64,000 nt of DNA, from the NCBI GenBank assembly GCA_963715335.1, contig CAVQRZ010000033.1, positions 1-64,000 on the forward strand, in the 5' to 3' direction. The notes under the pieces are model-generated. The model was not told the DNA's origin and ran no database searches. It was given only the letters and a program-made list of their open reading frames with translations. This DNA is from an uncultured delta proteobacterium (GTDB taxonomy: Bacteria; Desulfobacterota; Desulfuromonadia; Desulfuromonadales; BM103). The translations under genes and the position numbers were made by a program. Position 1 is the stretch's first letter, and the number at the start of each line of letters is the position of its first letter. Positions 1 to 12,499 of the stretch are shown here, in pieces.

Positions 1-1767
1 GCCGCCGTGCTCGACCACCACCGCGACGGCGATCTGCGGATTTTTCAGCGGGAGCATAGGAGACGAACAAGGCATGGTCCCGGTACTGGTAAGGGACTTC
101 TTCCTCCTTGACCTCCTCTTCATCATCAGCTTTTTTTCGGACCACCTGGGCCGTGCCGGTTTTGCCGGGCAAACCTGACCTTGTTCAGGCGGCTCCTCCA
201 GGCCGTGCCGCCGACATCATTGACCACCGATTCCATGGCTTTCCTGACGGGGGTCAAATACTTCGATGGCCAGGCGGTCTCACTCAGCTTTTCCGGTTTG
301 AACAGCCATTCCGTATTGCCCTCAAGGTCGATGATCTTTTGCACGACCTGCGGCCGCCAGACCGTGCCGCCGTTGGCCACGGCGGCGGCCATCGTCGCCA
401 GCTGCATCGGGGTCGTCAGGACGAAGCCCTGGCCAATCGCTGAAATCACGGTCTCCCCATCGTACCAGCTGGTACCGAAACGTCTTTTTTTCCATTCCCT
501 GGTCGGGATCGACCCTGAGCGCTCAGAGCCGAAGGAAAGCCGGTCGGCTCCCCCAAACCGAGTCGCTTCGCGGCGCTGGCGATGCGGTCGATGCCGGTTT
601 CAAGGCCGATCTTGTAGAACCAGACGTCGCAACTTTCCATGATCGCCTTATGCAGATCGACCGAGCCATGGCCTTCTTTCTTCCAGCATCGGAATTCGTG
701 GCTCCGGCTCAACTTTATGCTGCCGGATACACTGCTACCCTGGTCGACGGGGCCGCCGTCCCTGCCTCCAGAGCCGCAAGCGCCACGGCCATCTTGAACG
801 TCGATCCGGGTGGATACAGGCCGCGCAGGGCTTTGTTGGTCATCGGATGTTGCGGGTTGTCGGTCAGCGCCCGCCACTCCTCACTGGTGATCCCGCGCGC
901 AAACCAGGCCGGGTCAAAGTTCGGTCGACTGACCAGGGCAAGGACTTCACCGCTGTTGACATCTAAGGCAACGACCGATCCGGCGCCATCGGCGAGGGCA
1001 TCTTCCGCGGCCTTTTGCAAAGCGCTGTCAATCGTCAGGTAGATCTGGTGACCCGGCAACGGATCGCGCGTCGTCACCTGGCGCAATTCACGACCACGCA
1101 CATTCACTTCAACGCGTTTCTGTCCCGCCGCACCCTGCAGCCGGCCCTCGTAAGCTCTTTCAAGCGCGGTCTTGCCGATCATCGCATCGGAGCGGTAGTC
1201 GGAAAATTCAGGCTGGTTCAGATCGTCTTCGGTGACTTCGCCGAGATAACCAAAGAGGTGGGCGGCCATGTCGCCGAAGGGGTATGAGCGAAGCGGTTTG
1301 ACCTCGACCAGGATGCCGGGCAGATCTATGGCATTCTCCTGCACCACCTCCATGGCCTGGCGCTCAACGTCTTCGAGCAGGGGCAGCGGCCGGTAGCGAG
1401 GCAGTTCCTGGCCTTTCCGCCAACGTTCCTCAAGCATGTCCTCTTCGACACCCAGCAACTTCGCGAGGGTGAAGAAAAGCTGCCGGGGATCATCAATCTC
1501 CTGGCGCAAGGCGGAAACGGTAAACGCCGGTCGATTATCAACCAGCAGGGTGCCGTTGCGATCGAAGACTGCCCCACGCGGCGCCTGGATCGCGACATAG
1601 CGAATCCGGTTGCGCTCGGACAAGTCACGATAGTGATCGGCACCGAGGATTTGCAGAAACCACAGGCGCAGGGCCAAAACACAGAAGACCCCGGCAACGA
1701 ACACAGAAGAGATGATGAAACGGCGTCGCAGGCCGGGCGTTTCTTCCGGGGACGGGTTAATACTCAT
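1..1767 (-). CDS. mrdA: Penicillin-binding protein 2; three apparent frameshifts; runs off the window start
   Basis: N-terminal TM plus 'PGSTFK' SxxK in ORF 715..1767; 'ESCDVWFY' in 446..877; 'SAIGQG..TPMQLA' in 126..449; 'GKTGTAQV' and 'DHALFV' in an adjacent frame; follows mreD. Confidence 0.93.
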
Positions 1768-2293
1768 AGCGGCTATCGAGTTTGCGCAGGCCGGGGAGGC
1801 TGCGGCGCGGCAAGAACGTTCGCTGCAGCCAGACGGTCAATTTCAGGAGGATAAACGCCGCGAAAAAGTTCAGCATCAACTGTACCGGGAGCTGCCAGGC
1901 AATCTGCGCCCAGACCCCTATGTCCCGTCTGAAAAAATCCAGAGCGAAGGCAACCAGGGCCCCCTGCAAAAGGGTGCCGGCCATGACCATCAGCAGAAGC
2001 AGCGCCGAGCTTTCGGTGTTCACCCGCGTCACAATGCCGCGGACCGCCAGGAAAATCGCGAGCAGGACGAATCCGTAGAGGCCGGGGAACGCACCGCCGA
2101 CGCCATCGAAAAACCAACCCATCAGGTACACGATCAGTCCGCCGCGCCACTGGCCTTCATGCAGGCCGAGATAAACGACCAGCAGCAGGATCAAGTCCGG
2201 CTTGTAGTCGCCCCGCAGCAGTAATGGCAAAAGGACCGTTTGCATGACGACTGCGACCCCGGCCAGGGTAAAGTAGATCAGGGTCCGGTTCAT
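1757..2293 (-). CDS. mreD: Rod shape-determining protein MreD
   Basis: Hydrophobic 178 aa with 'PDLILLLVVY'; lies between mreC and mrdA. Confidence 0.9.
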   Translation of the reverse strand: MNRTLIYFTLAGVAVVMQTVLLPLLLRGDYKPDLILLLVVYLGLHEGQWRGGLIVYLMGWFFDGVGGAFPGLYGFVLLAIFLAVRGIVTRVNTESSALLLLMVMAGTLLQGALVAFALDFFRRDIGVWAQIAWQLPVQLMLNFFAAFILLKLTVWLQRTFLPRRSLPGLRKLDSRYEY

Positions 2294-3108
2294 TGCGGCC
2301 TCCGCAACAGGACCAGGACCTCTTCGAGGTGGGAAAAATCGACCGCGGGCATGATTTCGATCGCCTGGAAGAGACCGAACTCCCGCCTGTCGACACTCGT
2401 CACGTCGCCAACCACCAGCCCTTTGGGAAAAACCCCGCCCATGCCGCTGGTCACGACGCGATCACCGACCTTGACCTCTTCCTGGCGCAGGACGAAATCG
2501 AACACCAGGCGTTCCCCCTTGCCGCGACAAATGCCGCGGGCGCGGTTGTCCTGCAGGAGGCTGGCCACAGCAGAGGACGCATCGGTAATCAGGAGGACCC
2601 TGGCAAAACGGGGGCTGCTGCGGATAACCCGACCGACCACGCCTTCGGCGACAACCACCGGCATCCCCTCGACCACGCCCTGCTCGCCCCCCTTGTCGAT
2701 GGTGACGGTCCTAAACCAGCTGGTGGCATCCTCGGCGATCACCCTGGCCGGCAGCGTCGCTATTTCCTGGGCTTCCTTGAAATCCAGCAGGCGCCGCAGG
2801 CGCTCGTTTTCAAGACGGACCTCGTTGTTCTCTGCCAACCTCGCACTCAGGTTGCGGTTGTCTTCCAGGAGCGTACGGTTTTCCTCTTCGGTGTCGACCA
2901 GGTAGAGATAATGCCCCCAGACGTCGGCGGCCCCCTGGACCACCCGGTCCAGACCGGCCTGCACCGGGCCGGTCAACCTCAGGACCAACCCTTCGAGGAA
3001 ATTCGTCTCGTCCTGTTGGCGCAGGTTGACCGAATACCAGAGCAGCGCCGCAAGGAGCAGCACCGCACTGAACAGCAACGGTCGATTTTTTTGCCACCAT
3101 TCCCACAT
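2290..3108 (-). CDS. mreC: Rod shape-determining protein MreC
   Basis: TM, coiled coil 'ENERLRRLL', 'VTSGMGGVFPKGLVVG'. Confidence 0.95.
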   Translation of the reverse strand: MWEWWQKNRPLLFSAVLLLAALLWYSVNLRQQDETNFLEGLVLRLTGPVQAGLDRVVQGAADVWGHYLYLVDTEEENRTLLEDNRNLSARLAENNEVRLENERLRRLLDFKEAQEIATLPARVIAEDATSWFRTVTIDKGGEQGVVEGMPVVVAEGVVGRVIRSSPRFARVLLITDASSAVASLLQDNRARGICRGKGERLVFDFVLRQEEVKVGDRVVTSGMGGVFPKGLVVGDVTSVDRREFGLFQAIEIMPAVDFSHLEEVLVLLRRPQ

Positions 3109-3260
3109 ATTCGAACACCCGGGACACAGAACTCAGGGGCCACAACTCAGGCAACGGCAAACTGTACGTCGAATCCTGGCTTCACCGAAAACAATAAAAG
3201 AGGGCGCAGAGGCCCTCTTGAATAGTTCGCGAAGATGCTGCTGCAACAGTCAGGGCCGGC

Positions 3261-4343
<1,083 letters not shown>

Positions 4344-4514
4344 TCAGACGGAAAATGGCCTGACCCAGGCCGGAAAATGTTGTTAACACTAGCAAAAGGA
4401 CCCCAGCTTTTCAAGGGATAAAAGGAAAAACTGTTGCATTTCGCAAGGTGATTGACTAACATTCGTCCCTATTCTTCAAAGACGAAAATACCCCTCGAGG
4501 AGAAACTCTGACTC

Positions 4515-6464
4515 ATGCTCGACTTTGTCCGCAACAAACAGAAATCCATCATCATCAAACTGGCCTTCGCCATCATCATCCTGAGCTTCGTCATCGGTTA
4601 CGCGATGCTCAGCGCACCGGGCGGCCCGGGCGGTGACACCCCGGCAGCGGAAGCCGCAGCCGTCAACGGCAGGTCGATTGCCTATGACGAGTTCCAGAGC
4701 GCCTACAGCACTCTTTACCAGCTCTACCAGAACATCTACCAGGACCAGTTCACGCCGGCTCTCGAGAAGCAGCTGAAACTGGCTGAGAAATCGATCAACA
4801 GCCTGATCGATCAGGCGTTGATGCAGGAGGAGGCGGAGCGCCTCCAGCTGGCGGTGAGCCAACAGGAACTGGTCGACGCGATCGCCAGCATCGAGACCTT
4901 CCAGGAGAACGGCGTCTTCAACAAGGCGCGCTATCTCCAGGTCCTCGCCTACCAGCGCATGAACAGCGATGAGTACGAGGCCCTCAAGCGCAACGAGCTG
5001 CTGCTCGACAAGGTGCAGGAACATTTCAAGGCGAAGGTGCAGGTCAGCGATGCGGACGTTGCAGAAGAGTTCCGCAACATCAATGAAAAGCTCAACCTGA
5101 GCTTCGTCAGTCTCACCCCGGCGCAATTCGAAAAGCAGGTCAAGGTCACGGACCAGGCGCTGGAGGCTTACTTTGCCGAGAACCAGGAAACCTTCCGGGT
5201 CCCCGAAATGGTCTCACTGCGCTACCTGCAGTTCGAACCGGAGCGTTATCTCGGCGAGGTGACCTTTGCAGAAGACGAGCTGGAAAAATATTACCGCCGC
5301 CATCTCGACCAATTTGAAATCCTTGAGAAGGTCAAGGCCTCGCATATTCTCGTCATGGTCGATGCGGATGCCGACGAGAAGACCCGCGCTGAGCGTCGCG
5401 CCTACGCCGGCACCCTGCTTGAACAAGTCAGGGCCGGCAAGGATTTTGCCGAACTGGCACGGGCCAAGTCGGATGACAAGGCCAGCGCTGTCAAAGGCGG
5501 CAGCCTCGGTTATTTCACCCGCGGCTCGATGGTCAAGCCTTTTGAAGATGCGGCCTTCAGCATGCACCCGGGCGAAACCAGCGACCTCGTGGAAACCACC
5601 TTCGGCTACCATATCATCCGGGTCGAGGAATACACCGAGCCGGGGCTGCGCAGCCTGGCCGACGCCAGCGACGAGGTCAAGGAAGGGCTGCGCGCCGAAA
5701 AGGCCAAGCAGCTGGCTTTCGAAAAGGCCATGGACGCCTACAACATCAACCGCAAGACCGGCGACCTCGATGCAGCAGCCAAGGCCAACGACCTCGGCGT
5801 CAAGGAGACCGGGCCGTTCGCCCGCGACGGCTATATCGACGGGATCGGCCGCAACGAGGAGATCATCAACGCCGCCCACCTGCTCGAAGACAAGGCCCTC
5901 GCCAAACCGGTCCTTACCGTGAACGGCGTGATCCTGTTCGGTGTCAAGGAACGGGTCGCCAGCCATATCCCGGAGCTTGCCGAGGTCAAGGACCTGGTCA
6001 CGGCCGCTTACCGGGCGGTAGAATCAGCCAAGCTCGCAGAAGCAGCCGCTGAGCAGCTTGTCGCAGACCTCAAGGTTGGCGCGAGCCTGGCCAAACTGGC
6101 CCAAAAGCACGGTTACAAGATGGAGGAGACCGGCGAGTTCACCCGGACCTACGGCCCCTTCGTGCCGCGTCTCGGCACCTCCAAGGAGCTGTTTGATGCC
6201 GCCTTTGCCCTGCCGGCAGACCAGACTGTCATCGGCAGCGTCTTCGCAATCCAGAACCGGTTCGTGGTTGCCGATGTCAAGCAGCGCGTTGCTGCCGATA
6301 TGACGGCACTGGATGAGGCCAAGCAGCAGGAGCTTTACAAATCCTTATTCGCCCGCAAACAGAACGAAGCGATTGAGCAGCGCCTGGCCGAGCTGCGCAG
6401 CGCCGCGGCGATTGCCATCTCCCCCCGCGTCCAGGACCTGATCAACAAGGAGAAACAACTGTGA
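4515..6464 (+). CDS. ppiD: PpiD-type membrane-anchored periplasmic chaperone (SurA N-domain plus parvulin PPIase)
   Basis: N-terminal TM; 'ASHILV', 'GGSLGYF', 'FGYHII' parvulin motifs; 649 aa. Confidence 0.85.
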   Translation: MLDFVRNKQKSIIIKLAFAIIILSFVIGYAMLSAPGGPGGDTPAAEAAAVNGRSIAYDEFQSAYSTLYQLYQNIYQDQFTPALEKQLKLAEKSINSLIDQALMQEEAERLQLAVSQQELVDAIASIETFQENGVFNKARYLQVLAYQRMNSDEYEALKRNELLLDKVQEHFKAKVQVSDADVAEEFRNINEKLNLSFVSLTPAQFEKQVKVTDQALEAYFAENQETFRVPEMVSLRYLQFEPERYLGEVTFAEDELEKYYRRHLDQFEILEKVKASHILVMVDADADEKTRAERRAYAGTLLEQVRAGKDFAELARAKSDDKASAVKGGSLGYFTRGSMVKPFEDAAFSMHPGETSDLVETTFGYHIIRVEEYTEPGLRSLADASDEVKEGLRAEKAKQLAFEKAMDAYNINRKTGDLDAAAKANDLGVKETGPFARDGYIDGIGRNEEIINAAHLLEDKALAKPVLTVNGVILFGVKERVASHIPELAEVKDLVTAAYRAVESAKLAEAAAEQLVADLKVGASLAKLAQKHGYKMEETGEFTRTYGPFVPRLGTSKELFDAAFALPADQTVIGSVFAIQNRFVVADVKQRVAADMTALDEAKQQELYKSLFARKQNEAIEQRLAELRSAAAIAISPRVQDLINKEKQL

Positions 6465-7354
6465 GTGCTACCGTTCTCAAAACCAACATGCCCACACTGA
6501 ACCTGGTCAATCGCGGCAAGGTCCGCGACATCTACGACCTGGGCGAGCACCTGTTGCTCGTAACCTCCGACCGCCTGTCCGCTTTCGACGTGATCATGAA
6601 CGAGGGGATCCCCAAGAAAGGCCAGGTCCTCAACCAGATCTCGATCTTCTGGTTCAACCGGATGGCCGATATCATCCCGAACCATATCGTCGCGACCGAG
6701 GTCAGCGACTTCCCGGCCGCGACCCACGCCTACCGCGAGCAGCTGGAAGGGCGCAGCATGCTGGTCAAAAAAGCCAAACCGCTGCCGATCGAGTGTATCG
6801 TGCGCGGCTACGTGTCCGGTTCCGGCTGGAAGGAGTACCAGCAGAAAGGGAGCATCTGCGGCATTCCCCTGCCGAAGAACCTGCTCGAGAGCGACCGCCT
6901 GGAAAAGCCTATTTTCACCCCGTCGACCAAGGCCGAACTCGGTGCGCACGACGAGAACATCTCCTTTGCCGAGGCTATCAAGCTATGCGGCAAGGAGATC
7001 GCCGAACAGGTCAGCGCAAAATCGATCGAAATCTACAGCCGCGCCCGTGAATTTGCCTGGGACAAGGGGATCATCATCGCCGATACCAAGTTCGAATTCG
7101 GCATTATGGATGACGGCAGCCTGATCTGGATCGACGAGGCCCTGTCCCCCGATTCATCGCGGTTCTGGCCGAAAGCGTCTTACAAGCCCGGCGGCCCCCA
7201 GCCAAGCTACGACAAGCAGTTTGTCCGCGACTATCTCGAGACTCTCGACTGGGGCAAGCAGGCGCCGCCGCCGCCCCTGCCGGCCGAGATCGTCGCCAAG
7301 ACCTCGGAGAAGTACCAGGAAGCCCTGTTCCAGCTGACCGGCATTAAGCTTTAG
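6461..7354 (+). CDS. purC: SAICAR synthetase
   Basis: 'RGKVRDIY', 'SDRLSAFD', 'IADTKFEFG', 'DSSRFW', 'DKQFVRDYL'. Confidence 0.97.
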   Translation: MSATVLKTNMPTLNLVNRGKVRDIYDLGEHLLLVTSDRLSAFDVIMNEGIPKKGQVLNQISIFWFNRMADIIPNHIVATEVSDFPAATHAYREQLEGRSMLVKKAKPLPIECIVRGYVSGSGWKEYQQKGSICGIPLPKNLLESDRLEKPIFTPSTKAELGAHDENISFAEAIKLCGKEIAEQVSAKSIEIYSRAREFAWDKGIIIADTKFEFGIMDDGSLIWIDEALSPDSSRFWPKASYKPGGPQPSYDKQFVRDYLETLDWGKQAPPPPLPAEIVAKTSEKYQEALFQLTGIKL

Positions 7355-7378
7355 GCGGTACGGAAATTCCTTTAATTC

Positions 7379-7420
7379 TTGACGTCGATCAATGCCGGCC
7401 CGGACAACGGGTGATAAGCT
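7379..7420 (+). promoter_or_regulatory. Crp/Fnr-family box with extended -10 upstream of the cupin gene
   Basis: TTGAC-GTCG-ATCAA (7379-7392) versus TTGAT-N4-ATCAA; TG-A-TAAGCT at 7412-7420 puts the box centre at about -41.5. Confidence 0.6.
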
Positions 7421-7457
7421 CTACTCCAAACTCACTTAAGATGATTGGAGGATAGCT

Positions 7458-7832
7458 ATGTCAGACCAACCTGCCAAGATCCATGTCGACCCCGCCAGGG
7501 CCTATGCCCTGGCCGAGATGACCCCTTACCAGGACGGCGCCGTTGTCAGCCGCACCCTGCTGCAGCATGATACCGGGACCCTGACCGTGTTCAGCTTTGA
7601 CGCCGGGCAGGCCCTCTCGGAACACACCGTGCCCTTCCACGCCTTTGTCCAGGTGCTGGACGGCGAAGCGCAGATCATCATTGGCGGCAAGCCGCACAGT
7701 GTCTCAGCGGGCGAGATCATCCTCATGCCCGGCGGCATTTCCCACGAAGTCAAGGCCGTTAAACGCTTCAAGATGCTGCTCACCCTGTTCCGCAGCACCT
7801 CGGGAAGCAACAGCGAATTCAAGGACAGCTGA
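7458..7832 (+). CDS. Cupin domain protein
   Basis: 'FDAGQALSEHTVP..VQVLDGE..MPGGISHEV'; GGAGG RBS. Confidence 0.85.
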   Translation: MSDQPAKIHVDPARAYALAEMTPYQDGAVVSRTLLQHDTGTLTVFSFDAGQALSEHTVPFHAFVQVLDGEAQIIIGGKPHSVSAGEIILMPGGISHEVKAVKRFKMLLTLFRSTSGSNSEFKDS

Positions 7833-7858
7833 GCCACGGCCAAGCGCCAAAAAAGCTG

Positions 7859-7887
7859 TTGACACCCCGCTGGTGCTCTGTTATAAA
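7859..7887 (+). promoter_or_regulatory. Sigma70 promoter of tRNA-Ala
   Basis: TTGACA-17 bp-TATAAA. Confidence 0.7.
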
Positions 7888-7900
7888 TCTGCACCTGTTC

Positions 7901-7976
<76 letters not shown>

Positions 7977-7981
7977 AGATC

Positions 7982-8013
7982 AAAGGGTTACGCAAGCTTG
8001 CGTAACCCTTTTT
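7982..8013 (+). terminator. Intrinsic terminator after tRNA-Ala
   Basis: Perfect palindrome AAAGGGTTACGCAAGCTTGCGTAACCCTTT followed by T run. Confidence 0.8.
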
Positions 8014-8027
8014 CGTTCTGTTAACTC

Positions 8028-8056
8028 TTGACCGCATCACGGTCAATCCATATAAT
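8028..8056 (+). promoter_or_regulatory. Sigma70 promoter of tRNA-Leu
   Basis: TTGACC-17 bp-TATAAT. Confidence 0.75.
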
Positions 8057-8067
8057 GCACACCTCTT

Positions 8068-8153
8068 GCCGAAGTGGTGGAATTGGTAGACACGTCGGTC
8101 TCAAAAACCGATGGCTTCTAGCCGTGCCGGTTCGATTCCGGCCTTCGGTACCA
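8068..8153 (+). tRNA. tRNA-Leu(CAA)
   Basis: GCCGAAG/CTTCGGT acceptor stem, anticodon arm TCGGT-CTCAAAA-ACCGA, long variable arm, CCA end. Confidence 0.95.
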
Positions 8154-8160
8154 GGTTCAG

Positions 8161-8189
8161 AAAGGCCCGCACACCTGTGCGGGCCTTTT
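8161..8189 (+). terminator. Intrinsic terminator after tRNA-Leu
   Basis: AAAGGCCCGCAC-ACCT-GTGCGGGCCTTTT. Confidence 0.8.
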
Positions 8190-8366
8190 CTCGTTTTATA
8201 CCAATATCTTAAACGGAGACATTTGAAAACAAGTGTCCCTTTCAAGTGTCCCCGATCCCAAGAACCCGTAGGCATCTCAAATCCCCCTTCAGTGTTGACA
8301 TAGGATAAGTCTCAGTTATATTCGATGTTAACAGCCTTTAATTTAGTTCTGACCGAAGGAGAAGGT

Positions 8367-9746
8367 ATGAAACATTTCGCCCTTTTTGTCCTGTCGACTT
8401 TACTCTGCGTTTCTTTCACGGGGTGTGGGCCTTTTGACGCCTCGAGTGTGCCTGCTCCGGTTGAGGAGACCAGCGCTGTTGCCAGCGTTGAGGCCACTGT
8501 CGAAACCGTCGTCGAAACCACTGTCGCAACAAAACCCGAGCAGCCAGTCTTGTTCGAACCTGGCGCTTTTGAAGACCCCGAGGTTTGCTCTACCTGCCAT
8601 CGTGATATCTATAAAGAATGGTCGAAGTCCATGCATGCCAGCGCCTGGGATGACAAATGGTACCAACCCGACTATCTTTTGGCCCACCAGCAAACCGATG
8701 GAGCCACTGACCTGCTGTGTGGTGCCTGTCATGCGCCGATCGCGGCTCGGACCGGGCTGCTGCCGCCCGCCGATGGCAGCAAGTTCGATGCAGCCTCGCG
8801 CCGGGGGATCTCCTGCGACTTCTGCCACACGGTGTCGGGTGTGGACCAGATGTTCAACATGGGCCATGTTTCAGAGCCGGGCAATGTCAAACGCGGCCCC
8901 CGCGGCGACGGCAGATCTCTCTATCACGAAGTCAAATATACAGAGATTCACACCAAGGCTGACTTCTGCGGCTCTTGCCACATGGTCATCCACCCTGCAA
9001 CGGGTGTGCACATCATTGATACCTGGGATGATTGGCAGAACAATGAGTATGGCAAGCAGGGCATCCGTTGCCAGGATTGTCATATGACGCCCACTCCCGG
9101 TATCAGCAAAACTCCCGGTCGTGCCGCATTGATGGGCAAGATGCGTGACAACCTCCCCTTCCACGGCTTTATCGGCGGCAGTTCCTACGTCCAGGACGCA
9201 ATGGGAAACAAGGAACAGGCAGAAATGTCGCGTGAATTCCTGCGCGCTGCCGCCGAGGTCAAACTCGCGGGGCAGGTTAAGGACAACGGAACTCTCGAGT
9301 TGACCGTCGATGTACACAATGTCGGCGCCGGGCACAAGATCCCCACCGGCACCACCTATATCCGCATAATGTGGCTCCAGGTTGAAGTCGTCGACAGCTC
9401 TGGCAAAGTGGTCTACAGTTCCGGGCACATCGATGACAAGAACCACGTCGATCCGGACGCAGTCTTCTTCCGGGTGCTCTTTCGCAATGCCGAGGGGAAG
9501 TTGACCGACAAGAGCTGGCATGCCCAGGGGATCGGTTACGACCGGCGCATTCCTGCCAAAGGCAAGGACAGCGAAACCTATCGCATCCCCCTGCCCGGCA
9601 AAGGCGATTACCAGGTCACCACGCGGCTTATGTACCGCTCCATGACACAGGCTTCTCTGGATGCGATTTTAAAGCGAACCGGTCAGGCGCTGCCGCCGGT
9701 GGTCAGCGTCGAAATGGCGGCAGCAGAAACCAAAGTCAGTTTCTAG
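8367..9746 (+). CDS. Lipoprotein multiheme cytochrome c with 5 CxxCH motifs and a C-terminal beta-rich domain
   Basis: CSTCH, CGACH, CDFCH, CGSCH, CQDCH; lipobox-like 'FTGC'; 'GAGHKIPTG'. Confidence 0.88.
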   Translation: MKHFALFVLSTLLCVSFTGCGPFDASSVPAPVEETSAVASVEATVETVVETTVATKPEQPVLFEPGAFEDPEVCSTCHRDIYKEWSKSMHASAWDDKWYQPDYLLAHQQTDGATDLLCGACHAPIAARTGLLPPADGSKFDAASRRGISCDFCHTVSGVDQMFNMGHVSEPGNVKRGPRGDGRSLYHEVKYTEIHTKADFCGSCHMVIHPATGVHIIDTWDDWQNNEYGKQGIRCQDCHMTPTPGISKTPGRAALMGKMRDNLPFHGFIGGSSYVQDAMGNKEQAEMSREFLRAAAEVKLAGQVKDNGTLELTVDVHNVGAGHKIPTGTTYIRIMWLQVEVVDSSGKVVYSSGHIDDKNHVDPDAVFFRVLFRNAEGKLTDKSWHAQGIGYDRRIPAKGKDSETYRIPLPGKGDYQVTTRLMYRSMTQASLDAILKRTGQALPPVVSVEMAAAETKVSF

Positions 9747-9915
9747 GCGAAGGTTTTCGCGCAAGCATTTAAGGGGAGGCCCAAGTGGAGTTCTCCCCTT
9801 TTGTTTGTCAAGACTGGGGATCCTTGAATTTAGGGCTGGTCTTGATTGCATTGTAGAGGGTATTAGTAAACGATGTGCCTGACAATTACCTTTGTAATGC
9901 CTGGAGAGTGCTGTA

Positions 9916-10509
9916 ATGCTGACCCTGTTCGTTAACGTCTTTCTCAAGATTTTCATGATCTTCACGCCGTTTTTCGTCATCTCGGCCTTCCTCTCCCTCA
10001 CCAGGGACGGCTCGCGGGCCGAGCGGCAGAGGATCGCCATAAAGGTAACGCTGGCGGTCGGTCTGACCTGCTTTGCCCTGTTCCTGTTCGGCTCTTATAT
10101 CTTTGACCTGTTCGGCATCACTCTCGACGCATTCCGCATCGGTGCCGGAGCGGTCCTGTTCCTCTCGGCAGTTTCAATGATCCAGGGCAAGGCGATCGTC
10201 TCTCCTCAAGAATCCAGCGAAGATGTGGCCGTCGTCCCCCTGGCGATCCCCATCACCGTCGGCCCGGGAACCATTGGTGCGCTGCTGGTCATGGGCGCCG
10301 GGCTCAAGACCGCCCCCGAGAAGATTACCGCCAGCCTGGCGCTTCTATTTGCCGTTCTGGTGCTCGGCGGCTTGCTGTTCACCGCCGGACGACTTGAAAA
10401 ATTCCTTGGTCAACAGAGTCTGACTATCCTTACCAAACTGACCGGACTGTTCGTGTCGGCCATTGCCGCCCAGATTTTTTTCACCGGACTCAAGAACTTT
10501 CTGAGCTGA
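9916..10509 (+). CDS. MarC family membrane protein
   Basis: 'AFRIGAG', 'VPLAIPITVGPGTI'. Confidence 0.9.
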   Translation: MLTLFVNVFLKIFMIFTPFFVISAFLSLTRDGSRAERQRIAIKVTLAVGLTCFALFLFGSYIFDLFGITLDAFRIGAGAVLFLSAVSMIQGKAIVSPQESSEDVAVVPLAIPITVGPGTIGALLVMGAGLKTAPEKITASLALLFAVLVLGGLLFTAGRLEKFLGQQSLTILTKLTGLFVSAIAAQIFFTGLKNFLS

Positions 10510-10675
10510 AGAAGATACGGGCGCAAGTCCCCGTCAATTCGACACGAGACAAAACCACGACGAAACCTGGAAACACATCTCTTGGCCCTCGGCTCCGGCC
10601 TGGGGTAGATTATGGACGTCTGGTTTGTGACAAAATATAGAAAATGATTGTGAGGACTCATCGAGGGGTGGGCTA

Positions 10676-11497
10676 TTGTCTCGATTTAACTATTTCACCA
10701 GCCTTTCTTTCCGGCCGCGCGTGGCAATCCTGCTGGGGATACTGTTTGCCGCTGTGGTCGGGGTTCTGTTCCTGGCCCCTATCCCGCAAGATCCTGATTA
10801 CCACCTGTTTGCCGACACACGACGATGGTTCGGCATCCCGAATTTCAACGACGTGATGTCAAACTGCGGCTTTGCCTTAATCGGGAGTCTCGGTACGGCC
10901 GCGGTTGTCGGGACGAAGCGGCAACTGATCTTCAAACAGCCTGTCGATGCAAGGCCTTACGTTATTTTCTTTGTCGGCGTGGCCCTGGTCAGCCTGGGGT
11001 CAGGCTATTACCATTGGCAACCTTCCAACGAGCGTCTGCTGTGGGACCGGCTGCCCATGTCGATCGCGTTCATGGCGATTACGTCTGCGGTTATTGCCGA
11101 CCGCGTCCATGCCAACAGCGGCAATGGCTGGCTGCTGCTGGTCCTGGTCATCCTTGGTCTGACCAGCCTGACCTACTGGCACTACACCGAGCAATTACAT
11201 CGTGGCGATCTCAGGTTCTATGCTTTGGTGCAATTCTTTCCGGCGGTTCTGCTCCCCTTCATCTTCTGGTTGTTTCCCAAGCACCGTTACGTGCCGGGAC
11301 GCTACATTTTCTGGGTTATTTTCTGGTATGGCCTGTCGAAGCTCCTGGAGTTTTTCGATGTGGAAGTCTTCGCTATTGGTGGCCAGATGATCAGCGGTCA
11401 CACACTGAAACACCTGGCTGCGGCAGTTGCCCCCTGGGTTGTGCTCCGCATGCTGGTCTCCTGCATAGACGACACTGACCACGGGATGACCCACTGA
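10676..11497 (+). CDS. Ceramidase-like (CREST superfamily) membrane hydrolase
   Basis: 'YHLFADTR..IPNF.DVMSN', 'GSGYYH', 'WDRLPM', 'SGHTLKH'. Confidence 0.75.
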   Translation: MSRFNYFTSLSFRPRVAILLGILFAAVVGVLFLAPIPQDPDYHLFADTRRWFGIPNFNDVMSNCGFALIGSLGTAAVVGTKRQLIFKQPVDARPYVIFFVGVALVSLGSGYYHWQPSNERLLWDRLPMSIAFMAITSAVIADRVHANSGNGWLLLVLVILGLTSLTYWHYTEQLHRGDLRFYALVQFFPAVLLPFIFWLFPKHRYVPGRYIFWVIFWYGLSKLLEFFDVEVFAIGGQMISGHTLKHLAAAVAPWVVLRMLVSCIDDTDHGMTH

Positions 11498-11668
11498 TCC
11501 AGTTAACAGTTGTGAATTACAGTAGTGACGAAACGAACAGATGGCCGTTCTTATTTGTCAGGGGCAGCAGTAATTTCTGGACCCTGCCAAGCTGGGCAAT
11601 TCAAAACGCTGGCCGCGGATCGTCCCGGTGCTCGGTACAAATAGGACCACGAGAGGGAGAAGGCTTCC

Positions 11669-12412
11669 ATGATCATTCGTGAGATTCAGGCCAAGAGCAT
11701 CCTCTCCGCCTCGAAAATCTACCCCTACGTCATCAATCCATATGTCGGCTGTCAACATGCCTGCTCATACTGCTATGCCCGGTACATGAAGAAGTTCACC
11801 GGCCACAAGGAACCATGGGGCACGTTCGTTGATGTGAAAATCAATGCTGCCGAGCTGCTGCGGAAAGAGGTCTGCAAGAAAAAGAAAGCGCCGGTCTGGA
11901 TCAGCGGGGTATGTGATCCATACCAGCCCCTGGAGAGGCAATATAAGCTGACCAGACAATGTCTGCAGATATTGGTTGGCGACGACTGGCCGGTGGTGAT
12001 ACAGACCCGCTCAGCATTGGTACTCAGGGATGTCGATATAATAAAAGAAGCAAAAAACCTGGAAGTCGGGTTCTCCGTAACCACCGCAGATGATGGTATC
12101 AGAAAATTGTTCGAGCCCGGTGCGCCGCCAATACCGGAGCGACTCAATGCCCTTGCCGAATTACATCGGATGGGAGTCAGAACCTATGCGATGATTGCCC
12201 CGATTCTACCCGGTGCGGAAACCCTTGTTCCTCTGCTGGCGGGGGCTGTTGATTACATTCTGGTTGATCGCATGAATTATCACTATGCCGATTTCATCTA
12301 CAGAAACCACGGGTTGGAAGAGGAGATGACAGAGGAATATTTCACCCGGGTGAGCAAGCGAATCACATCCGATTGTTGCCGATTGGGGATTGAGTGCACG
12401 ACAGTATTCTAA
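11669..12412 (+). CDS. Radical SAM protein, SplB-like family
   Basis: 'NPYVGCQHACSYCYA', 'DPYQPLE'. Confidence 0.85.
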   Translation: MIIREIQAKSILSASKIYPYVINPYVGCQHACSYCYARYMKKFTGHKEPWGTFVDVKINAAELLRKEVCKKKKAPVWISGVCDPYQPLERQYKLTRQCLQILVGDDWPVVIQTRSALVLRDVDIIKEAKNLEVGFSVTTADDGIRKLFEPGAPPIPERLNALAELHRMGVRTYAMIAPILPGAETLVPLLAGAVDYILVDRMNYHYADFIYRNHGLEEEMTEEYFTRVSKRITSDCCRLGIECTTVF

Positions 12413-12433
12413 ACATTGAGGTTTCCTGCGAAC

Positions 12434-12470
12434 AAAAAAGACCGGGGACACTCAAAATTGAGTGTCCCCG
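12434..12470 (-). terminator. Hairpin terminator between convergent genes
   Basis: CGGGGACACTCAA-AA-TTGAGTGTCCCCG with an A run on the left side. Confidence 0.6.
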
Positions 12471-12499
12471 TGCCGGAGACTCAGGCCCTTACCGTAAAA

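Noticed and set aside
11535..11550. LexA box before the SplB-like radical SAM gene
   Set aside because: GAAC-N8-GTTC spacing matches no LexA consensus I can support
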